Source of the DNA: Auanema rhodensis
Taxonomy: Eukaryota; Animalia; Nematoda
Assembly: GCA_964057225.1 (NCBI GenBank)
Contig: OZ059899.1
Span: forward strand, 18,848,001 to 18,912,000
Reading direction: 5' to 3'
Length of the DNA: 64,000 bases
Shown here: positions 56,161-64,000 of the stretch, one piece after another
Layout: the number at the start of each line of letters is the position of its first letter
Position numbering within the stretch: the stretch's first letter is position 1
Position numbers and translations under genes: made by a program
The notes under the pieces: model-generated
Told to the model about the DNA's origin: nothing
Databases searched by the model: none
Seen by the model: only the letters and a program-made list of their open reading frames with translations

Positions 56161-59100
56161 AACACAGATCGACGCAGCTTAAAAATCCGCATCGAATGCA
56201 CTATACTACATTGAGAAACGCTTAATACAAAAATTAGTTATGATCGTTTGAAAAATGATGCATTAGTGTATGTTGAGTTTCCATGTACACTCAACATTGC
56301 TTCCAAAAACATTTTTACAAAAATTTTTCCGGAAAATTTCGAAACAATTTTGCAAAAAGTAGATGTTTTTAGATTCCTTTTTCAAAGGCAAAGACGATGG
56401 ACAATGTTATTCAACGAAAAAATTAATTCTGCAGGGTGAAAATCGAGGATATAAGTGTGAACTTATATCAGTTGATATCTCGGTGCATTTTTAAGCTAGC
56501 GCAAATCTGATAACACAGATCGACGCAGCTTAAAAAGCCGCATCGAATGCACTATACAACATTGAGAAACGCTTAATACAAAAATTAGTTATGATCGTTT
56601 GAAAAATGATGCATTAGTGTATGTTGAGTTTCCATGTACACTCAACATTGCTTCCAAAAACATTTTTACAAAAATTTTTCCGAAAAATTTCGGAACAATT
56701 TCGCAAAAAGTAGATGTTTTTAGATTCCTTTTTTCAAGGCAAAGACGATGGACATTGTTATTTAACGAAAAAATTAATTCTGCAGGGTGAAATTCGAGGA
56801 TATAAGTGTGAACTTATATCAGTTGATATCTCGGTGCATTTTTAAGCTAGCGCAAATCTGATAACACAGATCGACGCAGCTTAAAAATCCGCATCGAATG
56901 CACTATACTACATTGAGAAACGCTTAATACAAAAATTAGTTATGATCGTTTGAAAAATGATGCATTAGTGTATGTTGAGTTTCCATGTACACTCAACATT
57001 GCTTCCAAAAACATTTTTACAAAAATTTTTCCGGAAAATTTCGAAACAATTTTGCAAAAAGTAGATGTTTTTAGATTCCTTTTTCCAAGGCAAAGACGAT
57101 GGACAATGTTATTCAACGAAAAAATTAATTCTGCAGGGTGAAAATCGAGGATATAAGTGTGAACTTATATCAGTTGATATCTCGGTGCATTTTTAAGCTA
57201 GCGCAAATCTGATAACACAGATCGACGCAGCTTAAAAATCCGCATCGAATGCACTATACAACATTGAGAAACGCTTAATACAAAAATTAGTTATGATCGT
57301 TTGAAAAATGATGCATTAGTGTATGTTGAGTTTCCATGTACACTCAACATTGCTTCCAAAAACATTTTGACAAAAATTTTTCCGAAAAATTTCAAAATAA
57401 TTTTGCAAAAAGTAGATGTTTTTAGATTCCTTTTTTCAAGGCAAAGACGATGGACAATGTTATTCAACGAAAAAATTAATTCTCCAGGGTGAAAATCGAG
57501 GATGTAAGTGTGAACTTATATCAGTTGATATCTCGGTGCATTTTTAAGCTAGCGCAAATCTGATAACACAGATCGACGCAGCTTAAAAAGCCGCATCGAA
57601 TGCACTATACAACATTGAGAAACGCTTAATACAAAAATTAGTTATGATCGTTTGAAAAATGATGCATTAGTGTATGTTGAGTTTCCATGTACACTCAACA
57701 TTGCTTCCAAAAACATTTTGACAAAAATTTTTCCGAAAAATTTCAAAATAATTTTGCAAAAAGTAGATGTTTTTAGATTCCTTTTTCAAAGGCAAAGACG
57801 ATGGACAATGTTATTCAACGAAAAAATTAATTCTGCAGGGTGAAAATCGAGGATATAAGTGTGAACTTATATCAGTTGATATCTCGGTGCATTTTTAAGC
57901 TAGCGCAAATCTGATAACACAGATCGACGCAGCTTAAAAAGCCGCATCGAATGCACTATACAACATTGAGAAACGCTTAATACAAAAATTAGTTATGATC
58001 GTTTGAAAAATGATGCATTAGTGTATGTTGAGTTTCCATGTACACTCAACATTGCTTCCAAAAACATTTTTACAAAAATTTTTCCGAAAAATTTCGGAAC
58101 AATTTCGCAAAAAGTAGATGTTTTTAGATTCCTTTTTTCAAGGCAAAGACGATGGACATTGTTATTTAACGAAAAAATTAATTCTGCAGGGTGAAATTCG
58201 AGGATATAAGTGTGAACTTATATCAGTTGATATCTCGGTGCATTTTTAAGCTAGCGCAAATCTGATAACACAGATCGACGCAGCTTAAAAATCCGCATCG
58301 AATGCACTATACTACATTGAGAAACGCTTAATACAAAAATTAGTTATGATCGTTTGAAAAATGATGCATTAGTGTATGTTGAGTTTCCATGTACACTCAA
58401 CATTGCTTCCAAAAACATTTTTACAAAAATTTTTCCGGAAAATTTCGAAACAATTTTGCAAAAAGTAGATGTTTTTAGATTCCTTTTTCCAAGGCAAAGA
58501 CGATGGACAATGTTATTCAACGAAAAAATTAATTCTGCAGGGTGAAAATCGAGGATATAAGTGTGAACTTATATCAGTTGATATCTCGGTGCATTTTTAA
58601 GCTAGCGCAAATCTGATAACACAGATCGACGCAGCTTAAAAATCCGCATCGAATGCACTATACAACATTGAGAAACGCTTAATACAAAAATTAGTTATGA
58701 TCGTTTGAAAAATGATGCATTAGTGTATGTTGAGTTTCCATGTACACTCAACATTGCTTCCAAAAACATTTTGACAAAAATTTTTCCGAAAAATTTCAAA
58801 ATAATTTTGCAAAAAGTAGATGTTTTTAGATTCCTTTTTTCAAGGCAAAGACGATGGACAATGTTATTCAACGAAAAAATTAATTCTCCAGGGTGAAAAT
58901 CGAGGATGTAAGTGTGAACTTATATCAGTTGATATCTCGGTGCATTTTTAAGCTAGCGCAAATCTGATAACACAGATCGACGCAGCGTAAAAATCCGCAT
59001 CGAATGCACTATACAACATTGAGAAACGCTTAATACAAAAATTAGTTATGATCGTTTGAAAAATGATGCATTAGTGTATGTTGAGTTTCCATGTACACTC

Positions 59101-61425
59101 AACATTGCTTCCAAAAACATTTTGACAAAAATTTTTCCGAAAAATTTCAAAATAATTTCGCAAAAAGTAGATGTTTTTAAATTCCTTTTTTCAAGGCAAA
59201 AACGATGGACAATGTTATTCAACGAAAAAATTAATTCTCCAGGGTGAAAATCGAGGATGTAAGTGTGAACTTATATCAGTTGATATCTCGGTGCATTTTT
59301 AAGCTAGCGCAAATCTGATAACACAGATCGACGCAGCTTAAAAATCCGCATCGAATGCACTATACAACATTGAGAAACGCTTAATACAAAAATTAGTTAT
59401 GATCGTTTGAAAAATGATGCATTAGTGTATGTTGAGTTTCCATGTACACTCAACATTGCTTCCAAAAACATTTTTACAAAAATTTTTCCGGAAAATTTCG
59501 AAACAATTTCGCAAAAAGTAGATGTTTTTAGATTCCTTTTTTCAAGGCAAAGACGATGGACAATGTTATTCAACGAAAAAATTAATTCTGCAGGGTGAAA
59601 ATCGAGGATATAAGTGTGAACTTATATCAGTTGATATCTCGGTGCATTTTTAAGCTAGCGCAAATCTGATAACACAGATCGACGCAGCTTAAAAAGCCGC
59701 ATCGAATGCACTATACAACATTGAGAAACGCTTAATACAAAAATTAGTTATGATCGTTTGAAAAATGATGCATTAGTGTATGTTGAGTTTCCATGTACAC
59801 TCAACATTGCTTCCAAAAACATTTTGACAAAAATTTTTTCGAAAAATTTCAAAATAATTTCGCAAAAAGTAGATGTTTTTAGATTCCTTTTTTCAAGGCA
59901 AAGACGATGGACAATGTTATTCAACGAAAAAATTAATTCTCCAGGGTGAAAATCGAGGATATAAGTGTGAACTTATATCAGTTGATATCTCGGTGCATTT
60001 TTAAGCTAGCGCAAATCTGATAACACAGATCGACGCAGCTTAAAAATCCGCATCGAATGCACTATACTACATTGAGAAACGCTTAATACAAAAATTAGTT
60101 ATGATCGTTTGAAAAATGATGCATTAGTGTATGTTGAGTTTCCATGTACACTCAACATTGCTTCCAAAAACATTTTTACAAAAATTTTTCCGGAAAATTT
60201 CGAAACAATTTTGCAAAAAGTAGATGTTTTTAGATTCCTTTTTCCAAGGCAAAGACGATGGACAATGTTATTCAACGAAAAAATTAATTCTGCAGGGTGA
60301 AAATCGAGGATATAAGTGTGAACTTATATCAGTTGATATCTCGGTGCATTTTTAAGCTAGCGCAAATCTGATAACACAGATCGACGCAGCTTAAAAATCC
60401 GCATCGAATGCACTATACAACATTGAGAAACGCTTAATACAAAAATTAGTTATGATCGTTTGAAAAATGATGCATTAGTGTATGTTGAGTTTCCATGTAC
60501 ACTCAACATTGCTTCCAAAAACATTTTGACAAAAATTTTTCCGAAAAATTTCAAAATAATTTTGCAAAAAGTAGATGTTTTTAGATTCCTTTTTTCAAGG
60601 CAAAGACGATGGACAATGTTATTCAACGAAAAAATTAATTCTCCAGGGTGAAAATCGAGGATGTAAGTGTGAACTTATATCAGTTGATATCTCGGTGCAT
60701 TTTTAAGCTAGCGCAAATCTGATAACACAGATCGACGCAGCGTAAAAATCCGCATCGAATGCACTATACAACATTGAGAAACGCTTAATACAAAAATTAG
60801 TTATGATCGTTTGAAAAATGATGCATTAGTGTATGTTGAGTTTCCATGTACACTCAACATTGCTTCCAAAAACATTTTGACAAAAATTTTTCCGAAAAAT
60901 TTCAAAATAATTTCGCAAAAAGTAGATGTTTTTAAATTCCTTTTTTCAAGGCAAAAACGATGGACAATGTTATTCAACGAAAAAATTAATTCTCCAGGGT
61001 GAAAATCGAGGATGTAAGTGTGAACTTATATCAGTTGATATCTCGGTGCATTTTTAAGCTAGCGCAAATCTGATAACACAGATCGACGCAGCTTAAAAAT
61101 CCGCATCGAATGCACTATACAACATTGAGAAACGCTTAATACAAAAATTAGTTATGATCGTTTGAAAAATGATGCATTAGTGTATGTTGAGTTTCCATGT
61201 ACACTCAACATTGCTTCCAAAAACATTTTTACAAAAATTTTTCCGGAAAATTTCGAAACAATTTCGCAAAAAGTAGATGTTTTTAGATTCCTTTTTTCAA
61301 GGCAAAGACGATGGACAATGTTATTCAACGAAAAAATTAATTCTGCAGGGTGAAAATCGAGGATATAAGTGTGAACTTATATCAGTTGATATCTCGGTGC
61401 ATTTTTAAGCTAGCGCAAATCTGAT
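56161..61425. repeat. Overlapping 4-mer (monomers 161-164 / 165-168) and 5-mer-offset (167-170 / 172-175) duplications
   Basis: 'FQRQ' variant in ORFs 56248 and 57652 (1404 bp apart); haplotype series of ORFs 58354-59407 repeated at 60109-61162. Confidence 0.8.
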
Positions 61426-64000
61426 AACACAGATCGACGCAGCTTAAAAAGCCGCATCGAATGCACTATACAACATTGAGAAACGCTTAATACAAAAATT
61501 AGTTATGATCGTTTGAAAAATGATGCATTAGTGTATGTTGAGTTTCCATGTACACTCAACATTGCTTCCAAAAACATTTTTACAAAAATTTTTCCGAAAA
61601 ATTTCGGAACAATTTCGCAAAAAGTAGATGTTTTTAGATTCCTTTTTTCAAGGCAAAGACGATGGACATTGTTATTTAACGAAACAATTAATTCTGCAGG
61701 GTGAAAATCGAGGATATAAGTGTGAACTTATATCAGTTGATATCTCGGTGCATTTTTAAGCTAGCGCAAATCTGATAACACAGATCGACGCAGCTTAAAA
61801 ATCCGCATCGAATGCACTATACTACATTGAGAAACGCTTAATACAAAAATTAGTTATGATCGTTTGAAAAATGATGCATTAGTGTATGTTGAGTTTCCAT
61901 GTACACTCAACATTGCTTCCAAAAACATTTTTACAAAAATTTTTCCGAAAAATTTCGAGACAATTTCGCAAAAAGTAGATGTTTTTAGATTCCTTTTTTC
62001 AAGGCAAAGACGATGGACTATGTTATTCAACGAAAAAATTAATTCTGCAGGGTGAAAATCGAGGATATAAGTGTGAACTTATATCAGTTGATATCTCGGT
62101 GCATTTTTAAGCTAGCGCAAATCTGATAACACAGATCGACGCAGCTTAAAAATCCGCATCGAATGCACTATACTACATTGAGAAACGCTTAATACAAAAA
62201 TTAGTTATGATCGTTTGAAAAATGATGCATTAGTGTATGTTGAGTTTCCATGTACACTCAACATTGCTTCCAAAAACATTTTTACAAAAATTTTTCCGGA
62301 AAATTTCGAAAAAATTTCGCAAAAAGTAGATGTTTTTAGATTCCTTTTTTCAAGGCAAAGACGATGGACAATGTTATTCAACGAAAAAATTAATTCTGCA
62401 GGGTGAAAATCGAGGATATAAGTGTGAACTTATATCAGTTGATATCTCGGTGCATTTTTAAGCTAGCGCAAATCTGATAACACAGATCGACGCAGCTTAA
62501 AAAGCCGCATCGAATGCACTATACAACATTGAGAAACGCTTAATACAAAAATTAGTTATGATCGTTTGAAAAATGATGCATTAGTGTATGTTGAGTTTCC
62601 ATGTACACTCAACATTGCTTCCAAAAACATTTTGACAAAAATTTTTCCGAAAAATTTCAAAATAATTTCGCAAAAAGTAGATGTTCTTAAATTCCTTTTT
62701 TCAAGGCAAAAACGATGGACAATGTTATTCAACGAAAAAATTAATTCTCCAGGGTGAAAATCGAGGATGTAAGTGTGAACTTATATCAGTTGATATCTCG
62801 GTGCATTTTTAAGCTAGCGCAAATCTGATAACACAGATCGACGCAGCTTAAAAATCCGCATCGAATGCACTATACTACATTGAGAAACGCTTAATACAAA
62901 AATTAGTTATGATCGTTTGAAAAATGATGCATTAGTGTATGTTGAGTTTCCATGTACACTCAACATTGCTTCCAAAAACATTTTTACAAAAATTTTTCCG
63001 AAAAATTTCGGAACAATTTCGCAAAAAGTAGATGTTTTTAGATTCCTTTTTTCAAGGCAAAGACGATGGACATTGTTATTTAACGAAAAAATTAATTCTG
63101 CAGGGTGAAATTCGAGGATATAAGTGTGAACTTATATCAGTTGATATCTCGGTGCATTTTTAAGCTAGCGCAAATCTGATAACACAGATCGACGCAGCTT
63201 AAAAATCCGCATCGAATGCACTATACTACATTGAGAAACGCTTAATACAAAAATTAGTTATGATCGTTTGAAAAATGATGCATTAGTGTATGTTGAGTTT
63301 CCATGTACACTCAACATTGCTTCCAAAAACATTTTTACAAAAATTTTTCCGAAAAATTTCGAAACAATTTCGCAAAAAGTAGATGTTTTTAGATTCCTTT
63401 TTTCAAGGCAAAGACGATGAACTATGTTATTCAACGAAAAAATTAATTCTGCAGGGTGAAAATCGAGGATATAAGTGTGAACTTATATCAGTTGATATCT
63501 CGGTGCATTTTTAAGCTAGCGCAAATCTGATAACACAGATCGACGCAGCTTAAAAAGCCGCATCGAATGCACTATACAACATTGAGAAACGCTTAATACA
63601 AAAATTAGTTATGATCGTTTGAAAAATGATGCATTAGTGTATGTTGAGTTTCCATGTACACTCAACATTGCTTCCAAAAACATTTTTACAAAAATTTTTC
63701 CGAAAAATTTCGAAATAATTTCGCAGAAAGTAGATGTTTTTAGATTCCTTTTTTCAAGGCAAAGACGATGGACATTGTTATTCAACGAAAAAATTAATTC
63801 TGCAGGGTGAAAATCGAGGATATAAGTGTGAACTTATATCAGTTGATATCTCGGTGAATTTTTAAGCTAGCGCAAATCTGATAAAACAGATCAACGCAGC
63901 TTAAAAATCCGCATCGAATGCACTATACAACATTGAGAAACGCTTAATACAAAAATTAGTTATGATCGTTTGAAAAATGATGCATTAGTGTATGTTGAGT

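Larger units (their letters stand above)
1..64000. repeat. 351-bp tandem satellite DNA array (182 full monomers + 118-bp partial), running off both window ends
   Basis: The same unit (aacacagatcgacgcagc...gctagcgcaaatctgat) recurs every 351 bp. ORF-track starts follow 88+351k exactly up to 63619 (k=181). Copies differ only by a few to ~10 substitutions; no unique sequence seen. Confidence 0.99.

Noticed and set aside
88-63810. Massive tandem gene family encoding a variable 63-aa peptide
   Set aside because: Non-ATG start; nearly all common variants in the frame change amino acids; nonsense alleles exist and one was duplicated; low-complexity translation. A stop-free run of ~74 codons somewhere in six frames of a 67% AT 351-mer is not very unlikely (rough estimate ~0.2). 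Ribo-seq or proteomics would be needed to revive it.
1-64000. CRISPR array or repeat-spacer system
   Set aside because: No unique spacers; the entire 351-bp unit repeats and no cas genes are present.
1-64000. Pure assembly artefact or rolling-circle concatemer
   Set aside because: Copies carry structured, recurrent, position-dependent haplotypes rather than identical units or random errors, although exact copy numbers still need read support.

Overview
The whole window is one uninterrupted head-to-tail tandem array of a 351-bp, AT-rich (~33% GC, hand count of copy 1) satellite-type monomer: 182 full copies plus a 118-bp partial copy, all in the same orientation, with no net length change across 64 kb. 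I can support no genuine gene, RNA gene, CRISPR array or intact mobile element. The repeated 63-aa ORF looks like a by-product of the monomer: TTG start, mostly nonsynonymous variation, and four copies with nonsense changes. The real structure is at two levels. (1) The monomer is built largely from dyad symmetries: a ~67-bp imperfect inverted repeat across the monomer junction, two 9-bp-stem hairpins, and a central AnTn palindromic block holding about half of the common polymorphic sites. (2) Monomer haplotypes form local, nested higher-order duplications (2-, 3-, 4-, 5-, 7-, 11-, 12-, 17- and 21-mer offsets) with region-restricted variants, mosaic monomers and a more diverged island at ~47-51 kb. 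This fits a eukaryotic (peri)centromeric or heterochromatic satellite, plausibly from an invertebrate; I cannot name the family or organism. Monomer n spans 1+351(n-1)..351n; 'pos' means position within the monomer.
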